The translations under genes and the position numbers were made by a program. A stretch of 32,384 bases of DNA from Stramenopiles sp. TOSAG23-2. Taxonomy: Eukaryota. The notes under the pieces are model-generated. The model was not told the DNA's origin. It made no database searches and saw only the letters and a program-made list of their open reading frames with translations. This document shows, one piece after another, positions 18,029 to 29,893 of the stretch; positions within the stretch are counted from its first letter, which is position 1, and every line of letters begins with the position of its first letter. The stretch lies in assembly GCA_900128395.1 (NCBI GenBank), contig LT649363.1, positions 1-32,384 of the forward strand. Reading direction: 5' to 3'.

Positions 18029-20488
18029 ATGGCATCAAAAACTTCTGAAGAAAGTAAATACGATGCATATGATGATGTGTCCGATGCTGAAGAAGAGCAA
18101 CAAAATGAAATAGTGGTAGTAGCACCTCCACCAAGAAGAAAAGGTGGAAGAAGTGGAGGAAGATCAATTTTACCACCAAGTGGTAAAAAACCAAATAATT
18201 CCAGCGCTAGAAGTCGGGCACGAATGCAGCATGTAAAACCACCACCTAAAGGTAAACGTGGCCCAGGAGTCAGTGCAAGGGCACAATATCGCCGTATGGC
18301 AATGGAAAAGGCCCAAGCAAATAATAAAAACGACGATGTTCGTGAAGGCAAAGTTAGGGACATTTCAGATAGTGAAGATGAACACAGTGAAGAAAATAAT
18401 GATGGTTTTTCATCAAAAGTTGCCGATAAAGGCGATAGATTCAATAGCAATAGCGGTTACTATAATAATAATAGTAATAATAATAATAATAATAAAGGAA
18501 ACGACATTCTGGACCTGTCTGATGATGCTGAAGATTCAGACGAGGATATGTATGAACATTTTTCAATGCAAAATAACAAGGATGATCATCGAAAACCACG
18601 GCAAGAAAAGGCAAAGAAACCAATACAATCTGGATTTTTTGACGATGATTCAGATGATGATCAATTTGATTTGCCAGATATTACAGAAGGGAGTCATGAT
18701 TTAGACATTGAGGCATTTCAAGATGAATTTGGAGTGTCTGGTTGGGCTGAAAAGAAGCCAAAAAGCCACTATAGTAGAAACCGAATTAATAAAAAGAAAA
18801 CAGAAGGTTATCCTAAAAGGAGTGTAAAAGCTGGTCAACGAGTATCAAGAAACAATGAAAGGGAAATTGGAAGGAAAAAAAGAAACAATAAAACGGATGA
18901 CCATCTTAAGGAAGATCGGGAAGTGGGTGATCAATATGCAACAGCTGGAAGCAAAAGTTGCGATATTGAAGTGGTGGAAGATAATGCTAGGTTGCCATTT
19001 TTAAGAGTCGGGGATACTGTTGATGCGAAAGCAAAGGGTTGGATACGATATTACAGTGGTGCTGTTAAGAAGGTGCGTAATGATGGCAGTATAGACGTAC
19101 ATTTTGATGATGGTGAATTGCACCAACGTCTACCGCGTATCCACGTGAAATTAATTAAACGAAGAGAACGTGTTGGCTTTAGCAATGCAAGAGATCATGA
19201 TGAACAAAAGGTCAAAAGAATACAAACGAATATGAACGCGCAGAAGGTGGATAAAGTGGGCGATGATTATGATAGCGAAATGTGCATAGATGAAAATATA
19301 TCAATACAAAATTCCGGGACTTCACGATCAAATAGTGAAATGACTGAAAGATCTTCGCCAAAACGTGCTGGAAGAAATGAGGATACTAAGAAGAAGACCA
19401 GAAATGAAATGTTACACGTGGAAGAGGAAGGCGATGAGTATAATAAATCACACGATTGTGGGACGGGGTTAGATTCAGGGTCGCAATCACCAAAAGGTTC
19501 ATCTACAGAACCAAAAGGCGTAAAAAGACAAGAAATGACTCCGTACAATGAAGCCCTAGTGCCAACCCGAAGAGCCGATTTGGCAAAGTTTTTAATTCTT
19601 CCACCTTATAAAGGTGTCAATAAGACCATACGTTGTTACATCAAAAGGCATAACAAAGGCCTCAATGCTCTGAATCCAATTTATACTTTTCATTTAGAAA
19701 AAGCTGGCGCCAAGGGCAAACATGCTTCAAGGCAATTGATGGTTGCTCAAAAAATATTGCAATCCAGCTCATGTAACTTTTTGATTTCTTTAGATCGTGA
19801 TGATATGGGTAAATCATACAACAACCGTAGTAAATTTTACCTGGGAAAGCTACAAGCAAAAAAAGGTACAGATGAGTTTGTGCTATATGATCGTGGTATG
19901 AATCCAAGCGATTTAGTAGACTTGGTAAAATCAACTACATTTGAAATGAAGGAAAGTGCTGCAAGGCGAGAGATGGCATCGATCGTTTACGATAGGTCGA
20001 AAGATGTGATAAAATCACGTAGGATGGAAGTTACACTGCCAGCCGTGGTTAGAGATGATGGGAAAACAGTAACTGAGGCACAATTTAGGCCATTCACTGA
20101 TGAAGATAGTATGTACAAAAAATTTAAAGAAATAAGAGAAAATGGCACCCAAAATGTTGAAGCAAATGAGCGCTTGTTATGTTTACATAATCGTATGTTT
20201 AGTGCTGGGCGCACTGCACTATTGAGTGAGTATAGTGGAAGAGCAAATGAAACGTCTGTAAAAAATTTTCAACTGTGTGTCTCACAACCACGTAAGCGTG
20301 ATCATATGGAGAAATTTCATGAATCAAAACTAGGGCAAGCAGAAAAAGATGAGCCGGAACGTGTCATGTTACAATTGGGTCGTGATGCAGATGAATTTAA
20401 TGTTGATTTTACTTATCCGATGTCATTTTTTGCTGCTTTTGGTATTTGCCTTAGCCGTTTTGTCACGAAACAAAAGGAAGATTTTTAA
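18029..20488 (+). CDS. Tubby-like protein with a central Tudor-like domain
   Basis: IRCYIKR, YLGKL, SVKNFQL, LQLGR..DEFNVDFTYPMSFFAAFGICLSRF; LRVGDTVDAK..GWIRYYSGAVKKVRNDGSIDVHFDDGE; first ATG at 18029. Confidence 0.92.
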   Translation: MASKTSEESKYDAYDDVSDAEEEQQNEIVVVAPPPRRKGGRSGGRSILPPSGKKPNNSSARSRARMQHVKPPPKGKRGPGVSARAQYRRMAMEKAQANNKNDDVREGKVRDISDSEDEHSEENNDGFSSKVADKGDRFNSNSGYYNNNSNNNNNNKGNDILDLSDDAEDSDEDMYEHFSMQNNKDDHRKPRQEKAKKPIQSGFFDDDSDDDQFDLPDITEGSHDLDIEAFQDEFGVSGWAEKKPKSHYSRNRINKKKTEGYPKRSVKAGQRVSRNNEREIGRKKRNNKTDDHLKEDREVGDQYATAGSKSCDIEVVEDNARLPFLRVGDTVDAKAKGWIRYYSGAVKKVRNDGSIDVHFDDGELHQRLPRIHVKLIKRRERVGFSNARDHDEQKVKRIQTNMNAQKVDKVGDDYDSEMCIDENISIQNSGTSRSNSEMTERSSPKRAGRNEDTKKKTRNEMLHVEEEGDEYNKSHDCGTGLDSGSQSPKGSSTEPKGVKRQEMTPYNEALVPTRRADLAKFLILPPYKGVNKTIRCYIKRHNKGLNALNPIYTFHLEKAGAKGKHASRQLMVAQKILQSSSCNFLISLDRDDMGKSYNNRSKFYLGKLQAKKGTDEFVLYDRGMNPSDLVDLVKSTTFEMKESAARREMASIVYDRSKDVIKSRRMEVTLPAVVRDDGKTVTEAQFRPFTDEDSMYKKFKEIRENGTQNVEANERLLCLHNRMFSAGRTALLSEYSGRANETSVKNFQLCVSQPRKRDHMEKFHESKLGQAEKDEPERVMLQLGRDADEFNVDFTYPMSFFAAFGICLSRFVTKQKEDF

Positions 20489-21074
20489 TTTGCTACTCTT
20501 TGATATGAGCACACGGAATATGTTAGAGCGATTTTATCATATATATATATATGCATTATACCAATATAAAATACATGTATATAGATGACCCACCGCAGAT
20601 AATAAATAAATAAAATCAGAGAATTTGGGGAAAAACCTTAACATGATAGGGAGTCTCCTGTAATATTGTATATACTAATTAGTACAAACATAAACCGTAT
20701 CTCCTTTTCCCAAAAAGATTACCACAGCAGCAGCACCTAATCCAATAAATACTTGTATTAATACTGTAAATTTTAAAAATCAAAGATAAAAATAGTCTGC
20801 CTGGTCTGCGTCGTCAGACTCTTTCTCGAAAGATAAAAATTTCTTTTGTTATTGTTACCTTATTAAATTTTATTTTTGTCCAAAAAAATTTCAGGGATGA
20901 GGATGATTTTTATAACATGCCGGTTTACGCGTATGCCTCTGTGACAAGGCGAGAGACAAAATGCAATCACACGAGCAATGAAAAAGTTTTGGGAAGTCAC
21001 AAGAAAAAATGGGTTCATTCGAAAACGGCGAGGCTGTCGAAGTGAAAGTTATTTATATATACGAAGTGTATTAT

Positions 21075-22063
21075 ATATCTCATAGTAAGGATAATATTTT
21101 TAGCATGCAATAGGCCTTGGTAGTGTTAAGTATAAAATATATAGGCTGTTAAAAAATAATTTTATTTTGACGAAAAAAATTCGTCAATATTTTCGTCAAT
21201 TAAAATAACACTATTTATAATTGAATTTTTCGTGTACTTTATCAATAAAACATAAAAAAAAACAACAACAACAAAATTTCTGAGACGGATACCCAAGTAC
21301 AAACAACACAGTTAAAAATTAGTATACTAAAAAACACACCTACCAATTGGCGATTATTGCACCGTAATTTTTCAAATGATAAATAGTTAAAAATAAAATA
21401 TAATATTTTCTGACATCGGATACCTAAGTATAAATATCACAATAAAAAATTAGTATACGGTGAAACACGCCTAACGATTTCGTATGAAGCACCAAAGAAG
21501 ACATAATAAAATTATTATGGAATTATTAAATTTATTAGTTTGTATTCTTTTAGTATAAATTGACCCTATTTATCCAAATATCGTTAAATTTTTATTTTTT
21601 TTTTTCTAACGATTGTTTTCGTCAAGATTGATACAGAATTTCCTATGATAATCCCTTGTATTTTTAATGGATGGCGCATTTTCTTTTTGACGAATTTTTT
21701 TCGTCAACTTCCGAAAAAAATACACTCATACACTCCACTCGAATCGGACATTTGATACACAAAATGATATTAACAAACCCCACTTTGTTAATAGAATCGA
21801 CTTTAACAAACTCGAGCGAAAATCCCAGCGAAAAAAAATTAAAAACAAAATGTTTTGCGTTCCATTTTTTTTTTGGTCCATTTTTTTTTTTGGATTGACG
21901 AATTTTTTTCGTCAAAATCAGCATAAAACATAAAACTAACTATTATTAAAATTTTTACGATGTTACTTTTTTTCTGTTACCACGACTCTTTTTCCTATAT
22001 GTCGTGTACTTGACACTACTAAGCCTATTACCTGCTAAAAATACTATCCTTACTATGAGATAT
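21075..22063. mobile_element. ~1-kb non-autonomous DNA transposon with ~70-bp imperfect TIRs
   Basis: 21075-21145 is the near reverse complement of 21994-22063 (ATATCTCATAGTAAGGATA...); three TTGACGAA-W5-TTCGTCAA palindromes; internal direct repeat at 21287/21417. Confidence 0.85.
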
Positions 22064-22149
22064 GACATAATATATATACTTTTTTCGTATATATTTTAAT
22101 AAAATTATACGAAGTACGAACGTATGAAATGTACGCGTTCGTAAAAACT

Positions 22150-22261
22150 TTTTAATTATCATACTCGTTAGAACCGTGCGCTATTTTTTTTTATATTGAG
22201 TGGATAATTTTTTTAATTACTCGTTAGAACCATGCGCTATTTTTTTTATATTGTGGATAAT
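22150..22261 (+). repeat. ~56-bp tandem duplication over the USP stop codon
   Basis: TACTCGTTAGAACCRTGCGCTATTTTT at 22162 and 22218. Confidence 0.9.
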
Positions 22262-24540
22262 ATCATATGTTTTGCTTCATATGCCTTTTGTAATTTCTTC
22301 CCGATACCAACGCTTCCATCATAATTATTTTTGTTTTTCACTTTTTTCGTCTTACCTTGATCATAATTGGAATCCCATTCATCTGGCCGCCGTTTCTTTG
22401 CCCAGTCTTTCTCTGCTCTTACTTGAAAGTTTTGAAGAGACTTTTGCAGCCTTTTCAGTGGATTTATGTGATTGTCATTATTTGGCAATGGCATTTTATC
22501 AGAATTTTCATTATAATTATTATTATTATTGTTCACAATATTAAAATCCCAGCCTTCACTATTTACTCCATTTTTATTTAAAGTGTAATGACGTGTACTT
22601 TTTCTTAATTTCAGCATTTCTTTCCAATCATTTATAGAATTGTTTATATTTATTTTACCATTATTGTAATCATGAAATTGTATAGTTTCATTTCCTTGTC
22701 GAAATTTAACAGTACGTATATTCTGATTGTTGCTGGTGATTTTAGACATTTTCTTATTGTCATGATAATCAACAACTGGGACAGTTCCTGTTGTTATAGG
22801 TTTATCATCGTCGTCTTCGGATCTTCTTTCAACTATGTACATTTCACTTTTATGAATTGAGTTACCACCAACATATGCCTTTGATCCATGTAATGCTCTG
22901 GTATTCATTATAAATCTGCGTAAAACTGGTGTGCCAACTTGACCTTTCATGATTGAATGAATACTTGCATTATATGTTCTTCTTTTCAACTGATTTTTTA
23001 CACTCTTTATTTCTTCCTTGTTTACTATATTCTTCTTATTTATTTTTTCCCTATTGTTAAAAATTGACAATGCTGGTGGAGCCAGTGGTGGTTGTGGGAA
23101 ACTAGGTCCAATCATATTATTGTTGCTATTAGTATTTTGATGCTTGGTATTGTTCCATACATCCTCTAAATTTGTTACTTTTTCACCAACATCAAAACTA
23201 TTATTGTCAACACAGTTGCTGCTTGGGCTTGCCACATCGTTTTTGTTCTTTAAAACCATTTTATTATTACGTTGTTTCAATGATAATGTTTTAGTCTGTA
23301 TTTTTTTCTCTACACGTACCACTCGCTTTTGATAGAATAATATGTATGCCTGTTGGTTCAATGCTCGTTTGATACCTATCTGCTGCACTGAACTATCATT
23401 CATTTCGTACCATGCACCATTCGATGCTTTTATAAAGCTATAATAATGGCCTGAGCTGGCATAATTCCCAGCATGAACCAATACACCATATAGATCATAC
23501 ATAAAGTTTTCTTCACCATCTTTATTGTTTGTAAATGATTTCATATTCAATTCTTTTGGATATTCAACACGCTTTGATATTTTATCCCCATATGGTGAAA
23601 ATCGTTTTAGGTGTATTACTAATACTAATGGCATACGGCGAAATTTAAATTGCTTCGTTGCTGGTACCAATTTTTTGCAATTGTCACAGCGCCAACGATT
23701 ATCATGGTCTAGTACTTCTAACTTTGTATGTTGTTTTAATGCTTTTTCCAACGTGTGACTTTTGCCATAAATTTCTAAGGATATATCCAAACATGCATCA
23801 TATGTTGTGGAAGCAAATTTGCATATTTTACATTTCACTTGACTTTGCAAATATCCACCAAAAATGCGATGGATAGAAGTTGTTTCAGCCTTTCGAGAGT
23901 TATCATTTGGGCGCATACCCATCGCTTTTAAAGACGCTTTTTGCATAGCATCTATGAACGTCCTTAAAAATTCATGCGCATCCTCTTGTCTGCCCATTCT
24001 AAAATTTCTTGATATTTTCTGAAGTTTTTGTACAATAGGTTTCGGTGAAAACGCGCGATTGCTTTTCGCGCTTAACGCTTTGTTGATATGCTGTTCCATC
24101 AAGCAATACATGTCATTGCCATGCTTTGACTTATTAGTATGATATTTTATACTTGCAAGTTGTGCTAATGGCGCTGTGTATGTTAAACATTGCAACACAC
24201 TATTTAAAAAGCAGGTGTTGCCTAAATTATATAACCCGCCACCAGCTCTTGATATATTTTTCCAGTGTGCTTTTGATGCAACAAATTTATATTCGCATAT
24301 AGGAATTTTGTGACCTGGAAAGCTTAAATCATCGTCATCGTTGTTCATACTATTGGCATTGTTAATATTGATGGAGTTATTATTACCACCATTTACAAAC
24401 GAACGATCTAAATAATAACTACTGACCGATGGATTCATAGCATTGATACGCTTTTTTGCCAACACAAATTTAATTGGCCGTGGTATAATTTCCCTTTCCA
24501 CTCGTTTCAATCGTTTCAAATATTCATTCGTTGCTTCCAT
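22246..24540 (-). CDS. USP36: Ubiquitin-specific protease, USP36/USP42 family
   Basis: Cys box GLYNLGNTCFLNSVLQCL, GRQEDAHEF, His box HAG....GHY, WYEMNDS; C-terminal DEWDSNYDQGKTKKVK typical of USP36-like proteins. Confidence 0.9.
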   Translation of the reverse strand: MEATNEYLKRLKRVEREIIPRPIKFVLAKKRINAMNPSVSSYYLDRSFVNGGNNNSININNANSMNNDDDDLSFPGHKIPICEYKFVASKAHWKNISRAGGGLYNLGNTCFLNSVLQCLTYTAPLAQLASIKYHTNKSKHGNDMYCLMEQHINKALSAKSNRAFSPKPIVQKLQKISRNFRMGRQEDAHEFLRTFIDAMQKASLKAMGMRPNDNSRKAETTSIHRIFGGYLQSQVKCKICKFASTTYDACLDISLEIYGKSHTLEKALKQHTKLEVLDHDNRWRCDNCKKLVPATKQFKFRRMPLVLVIHLKRFSPYGDKISKRVEYPKELNMKSFTNNKDGEENFMYDLYGVLVHAGNYASSGHYYSFIKASNGAWYEMNDSSVQQIGIKRALNQQAYILFYQKRVVRVEKKIQTKTLSLKQRNNKMVLKNKNDVASPSSNCVDNNSFDVGEKVTNLEDVWNNTKHQNTNSNNNMIGPSFPQPPLAPPALSIFNNREKINKKNIVNKEEIKSVKNQLKRRTYNASIHSIMKGQVGTPVLRRFIMNTRALHGSKAYVGGNSIHKSEMYIVERRSEDDDDKPITTGTVPVVDYHDNKKMSKITSNNQNIRTVKFRQGNETIQFHDYNNGKININNSINDWKEMLKLRKSTRHYTLNKNGVNSEGWDFNIVNNNNNNYNENSDKMPLPNNDNHINPLKRLQKSLQNFQVRAEKDWAKKRRPDEWDSNYDQGKTKKVKNKNNYDGSVGIGKKLQKAYEAKHMILSTI

Positions 24541-24687
24541 CGTCTTGTTCTTCGGGTATATGTATAATTGATCTTTGTTTTAATTACATGAAATATTGTA
24601 AATAGATAAGATAAAAATAATAACAGAGTATATCTCATACTGCGTATTATAAATATATATATATATGGATATATATATGCGAAATAA

Positions 24688-25509
24688 TGTCCATAATAAT
24701 AATAATAATACTGCTGTACAGGTATGGTGCTATGTGGTTGTGCACTTGTTGTCCCGGATTATTTACACGTACGCACGTACATCAAGAAGCCAAAATATAT
24801 TAGATAGCCACCAATATTTAATGAATTTAAGTGTGGTTTACACAGACGACTAACAAAAATCACCACATTCTAACTCGCACCCCTTAAAAAACAAATGTAG
24901 GGCCCTCGCCGTATGGCATTTTTTAAATAATAAAGTAAAAGGAGAAGTGATTCACGGCAAGAACCAAGAATTGGAATGCAGGAGATTTTCGCAACTTTCG
25001 TGTTGTAGCCAAAAGTCATATATAGATATTAACTATATTTATGTTTAAATGCATCCAATTGCGAAAATGGACTGATAAAATTAATGACAGTAGCCAATGG
25101 TATGTACCTATTAAATAAATATAATATAGTAATACCATTACCATGCTATGTAGTGTATATACCACTATAGCAGGTGAATACTGTGACCCAGGTTTTTGCA
25201 CCCCTATAGGTGTCCATAATAATAATAATAATAAATACTGCTGTATGGTGCTATGTGGTTGTGCACTTGTCCGGATTATTTACACGTACATCAAGAAGCC
25301 AAAGTAGAATTTTCCATACTGTGCCATTTTAATAATTGGATTATTCCAGCAATATAGATAGCCACCAATATTTAATGAATTTAAGTGTGGTTTACCAGGT
25401 TTACACACAGACGACTAACAAAAATCACCACATTCTAACTCGCACCCCTTAAAAAAACAAATGTAGGGCCCTCGCCGTATGGCATTTTTTTAAATAATAA
25501 AGTAAAAGG
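24688..25509 (+). repeat. Spaced direct repeat (24688-24942 and 25211-25509)
   Basis: Collinear copies differing mainly by short indels; 268-bp spacer. Confidence 0.95.
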
Positions 25510-25981
25510 TATATAGCTCTATTTTAATCATTATACATGTAGGCATGGTTTTTGGTATACTAATATTTTTAAAAAACTCAATAGGCATGAATTTTGGATT
25601 AGTATAAACATGAATTAATAGGAGGAATACAATGTATTTTTTATACTTTGAGTATAATATTTTAATAATAATAATCGCACAATCTACAATCATACATGTA
25701 TATAATACGAGCACACCAGCACACCAGGCACACGAGACGAAGCGAAGAAGTATATCGGGAGGAGAATTATTAATGAATTATTATATTAATAATATAAATA
25801 CAGTTATTATATAGTACAGATGTATATATTTAGATATAGAAGATATAAAAGCAATATCGTTTATATAATATACGTAATACCAACTATCGTATAAATATAA
25901 AAATAACATAGTATAAAATAGAATTAACAATATCTACATCAATATATTCGTATATTGATAAATATTAAATAATTGAGACAA

Positions 25982-26055
25982 ATGTCATTGTTAAGACAAA
26001 AGGTTAGCAAAAAGAAGAAACGATTCCAGGAGGATGGATTTGATTTAGGTAAGTA

Positions 26056-26087
<32 letters not shown>

Positions 26088-27254
26088 ATCACGTTATCTT
26101 TTTAATGCATAAATGATATATGTAATATAGAACGATATAACTAACAATGTTTTTCATATTTGCTACATAATATGCAATTAAACAAAAATGTGTGTGTGTG
26201 TGTGTGTGTGTGTGTTTATCGTTCGTAATGGTTAGACCTTTCATACATAACAGATCAAGTCATAGCAATGGGTTTTCCAAGTGAAGGTGTAGAAAAAACA
26301 TACCGTAATCCAATGTCAACTGTACAACGTTTCTTCAATACACGGCATAAAGATAAATACATGATATACAACGTGTGCTCAGAAAAACATTATTCCGGGG
26401 AGAAGTTTAATGGTGCGTGCGAACATAGTTTCGTATGGGATGATCATAATCCACCGCCAATGAAATTGATCGAACCTATGGTAGAACATATGGTGAACTT
26501 TCTAAGCAAAGGTAGTGATTATATTGTTGCAGTCCACTGCAAAGCTGGCAAAGGTAGAACAGGTACCATTATTGCTTGTTTGTTAATGCGTTTGGGTTTG
26601 GTAAATAATCCAAATGCAGCATTGCAAATGTTTGGCGAAAAGCGAACAAAGGATGGGAAAGGTGTTACAATACCGAGTCAAATGCGATATGTGCATTACT
26701 ATGGGCAAAGACTCGCAAATGGCCAATGGAAGCCACCACGAAAATTTCGTATAAAAACTATACGTTTTTTTACAACACCAAATTTCGATGGATGGGCTGA
26801 AGGTGGCGGTTGTGATCCATATTTCCATATAAAAATACGAAATGAAGAAGGTAAAATGATTAAAATTTTTGATTGGAGCAAAGTCAATACAGTTAAGCAT
26901 TTTAAACTCAAAACAACTCAAATTACTTTGGATTGCACAAAACACCCTCCACCAATATTGGAAGGTGATATTAAATTTGTATTCTATGATTACGATAAAT
27001 TAAGTTCGGATGATAAAATGTTTCATTTGTGGGTGAATACAGCATATATTGAACACACATATTTACGTTTTAGTAAGCCTGTGATTGATAAAGCGTGCAA
27101 AGATAAATCTTGTCAATACTTTGATGATAATTTTGAGATAGAATTTATATTAGAGTTAGATACAAGTGAGGAAGATGTCAAATATCAAGACTTAGGGGGG
27201 TATGATAAAGATATTGATGTGAATACAGACGAGGAGGAAGGCCCAGATCAATAA
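25982..27254 (+). CDS. PTEN: PTEN lipid phosphatase; exons 25982-26048 and 26236-27254
   Basis: Exon 1 MSLLRQKVSKKKKRFQEDGFDL; 187-bp phase-1 GTAAGT...TTAG intron; DLSYITDQVIAMGFP, DHNPP, catalytic HCKAGKGRTG, GVTIPSQMRYV, C2 domain MFHLWVNT. Confidence 0.97.
26189..26215. repeat. (TG)n microsatellite in the PTEN intron
   Basis: TG run ending 20 bp before the acceptor. Confidence 0.95.
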
Positions 27255-27793
27255 AAAAAAATTTCTTTTTTTTTTTGTCTTGAGATAAATATTTTATATA
27301 TAAATTAAAGTACGAATAATTTATAAATATACGTCGTACTTGTTATTAATTGATTTATACGGCTTCGTAAAATTTTAATCAAAACTCCACCCTAGCAGCC
27401 CTACCACCCAAACACTTTTATGATATTAAAATGCATTTTTATATAAAACTTTTATTTTTTAATAATTTACTCACACATATCATATCATTAATGATAATTC
27501 CTAGATATGATACTCTCCAGAAAGAATACAATAACTGAGACAATAATATCTATCTCACTAAATTGAAAGATGGACAATGAATCGTAACATTGCAAATTGC
27601 GATAGAGTTCATTGAAATCCGCAGAGTGTGCCAAATATTTTGAAGACTGATATAAAAACATTGGTGGAGGTTATATATTTTACCGTGTATATCTGGTATT
27701 CTAACATAAAAAAATAAGAAGGTTTGTCCTGATTTTGGGCATTCTATACACGTCTATTTTACGTGACTTCGTACGAGAGTACACCCTTTTAGC

Positions 27794-29707
27794 TTAAACC
27801 TTTTTGAAACCATCTTTTTCCATTGTCAATATTTGTTTGAAAAAATCATTATTTTTATTTGTGTGGCTAATCGCAATAATAGTTACATCTTTCTTCTTTA
27901 GCAATGCATATAACGGTTCAACAGATTCCCCATTGATAGCAGCTGTTGCTTCATCAAGGTATGCCACTTTTGGGTTGTGAAATAGTAAACGTGCCCATAT
28001 TACGCGCTGTTTTTGCCCACCACTTAACACCATTTGCCAGTCTTCCACCTCGTCTAACTTATAACGAGTCAATAATCCATTTAATTCAACTGCTGATATC
28101 AAACTACGTATATGTTCATCTTGGTTTTGCACATTGATTTTTGGGTATGTGATTTGATCTCTTAAAGACATTTGAGGCATGAAATAAGGTCGTTGTGGTA
28201 GAAACTGAACATCATTTTTTGTGTTTACTGCCCCAGAACCCGTTTTCCACAATCCTGCAATTGTTCTATACAAACTAGTTTTACCAATACCATTTATTCC
28301 TTGTATCAACGTATGTTGTCCTTTTCCAACTTCTAACGATAGATTATTAGCAATACAATCACCGTTTTTAGGTGCCTGGATGCTTAAATTCTCCAACTGT
28401 AACACTAAACTATCCTTTAATTCGCCGCTTGCAATTGGTCCAACCACATTTGCTATGTTTTTAGCGTCCTCCTCAAATTTATCAAATAAATCTCGTAATC
28501 TTTCTGCAAAGCCTAAAAGTTCATTGTAGCATGTAATTGAATCTGTTAAATCTTTCACTGCATTTGCTAATGCACCAAGCAATGAACTTTGAGATAAATA
28601 TTCAGATGTTATTTGCTGTCCACTCTTATTAGTCGTATCCATGTATACGCTTGGTATCAGCATGGAAAATGCACACATCGCACCACCGTATTTCAATACA
28701 TACGTATTCAATAAATTAACAACCGCAAAACTTTCTGCCATATTCATTCTATGATTGATGGCATGACGAAATTTTTGTTTAGCAACAATACTTTCTGATT
28801 GAATAGCACCAGTTGTAAACATAATTTCTTCTCGATAATCATGCACTACGCCATGGTGCTCCAATAAGTGTGCCTCGCGCCTTTGAAATTCACTTGTATA
28901 CCAGCGCAAGCTATTTGGCAACCCTTTTCTTACCGCTTCTAACGTAACTTTGGATAAATAAAAGAAACCAAAAAAACCAAGCAATGGATATGGGCCAATT
29001 TGAGTTGACAAATCATATGATAAATATCCTATATCAATAACTGGTTTTACAACATGTCCAAAATGATGGACAAGCTCATCGCTGAATTTTTTGACATCTG
29101 TTGTTAGCCTTGATGCAGTATCGACCAGATTGTTATTGTACATGGACAAAGCATTTTTATCGAAATATTTTGAATGAAAATGCCCATACACAATTTCACG
29201 TACTTGCACACCAACTAATTTCTCCAAATATGACATACTTTGTGTCCATGTTGTTGCAAGCATGCACCATAAACCAAAACGCACTTGATTCATAAACATT
29301 TTATCGAATTCCTTCGATGAAAAGTAACCACCCATTTCCCCAGCTAATTTAGCAAGTATTGTGGTGATACGAATTCGACCAACTAAGGCAACTAAGTAAA
29401 CAAGCACAGTAGCGCCAAATTTTCCATATAAGGATGGGTATATCATATTTAAAAAGGGTGCTAATACATGCGATTTTTGTTCCTTGTTTGAGGTTTTCTT
29501 CATTTTTGTCCTTGCTTTTGTCCCACGTCCTTTCTTTGTCTGTTCTTTATAAGTCTTTTGCCATAATAGTAGAGGAGATGGAGCACCAATTGCAGTCCAT
29601 CCAAGGAAACTAGTCCATACGCCTATTAATAAACGGCCACGCTTAGTCGACCAGACTACACTTGAAAAGTGATATATTAAATCTGATATTGTTTTTCTTG
29701 TTGACAT
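27794..29707 (-). CDS. Peroxisomal ABC half-transporter, subfamily D
   Basis: TM domain with RLTTDV, KPVIDI, EAA-like EEIMFTTG, LKYG; Walker A GINGIGKTS, FLPQRPY, LSGGQKQR, Walker B AYLDEAT, ISH. Confidence 0.95.
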   Translation of the reverse strand: MSTRKTISDLIYHFSSVVWSTKRGRLLIGVWTSFLGWTAIGAPSPLLLWQKTYKEQTKKGRGTKARTKMKKTSNKEQKSHVLAPFLNMIYPSLYGKFGATVLVYLVALVGRIRITTILAKLAGEMGGYFSSKEFDKMFMNQVRFGLWCMLATTWTQSMSYLEKLVGVQVREIVYGHFHSKYFDKNALSMYNNNLVDTASRLTTDVKKFSDELVHHFGHVVKPVIDIGYLSYDLSTQIGPYPLLGFFGFFYLSKVTLEAVRKGLPNSLRWYTSEFQRREAHLLEHHGVVHDYREEIMFTTGAIQSESIVAKQKFRHAINHRMNMAESFAVVNLLNTYVLKYGGAMCAFSMLIPSVYMDTTNKSGQQITSEYLSQSSLLGALANAVKDLTDSITCYNELLGFAERLRDLFDKFEEDAKNIANVVGPIASGELKDSLVLQLENLSIQAPKNGDCIANNLSLEVGKGQHTLIQGINGIGKTSLYRTIAGLWKTGSGAVNTKNDVQFLPQRPYFMPQMSLRDQITYPKINVQNQDEHIRSLISAVELNGLLTRYKLDEVEDWQMVLSGGQKQRVIWARLLFHNPKVAYLDEATAAINGESVEPLYALLKKKDVTIIAISHTNKNNDFFKQILTMEKDGFKKV

Positions 29708-29893
29708 TATTTAATAATAATATGTTGTTCGATTGAATAATTGAGTATATATATCCTCGCCTTTATCTTTATGATATATGTACGTATAGAATATTTTTCC
29801 AGTTTGAAATGTGCAAATGTATACAAACAAATCTTTGGAAAAGAAAAATACTACTACTACCAGACTACATACATTCAAAATTATTATCCTATT

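Noticed and set aside
21664-21924. Transposase ORFs in the 1-kb TIR element
   Set aside because: Only short low-complexity ORFs with no DDE or DNA-binding motifs.
24688-25509. TRIM or LTR retroelement
   Set aside because: Repeats lack TG...CA termini, and no primer-binding site, polypurine tract or target duplication is evident.
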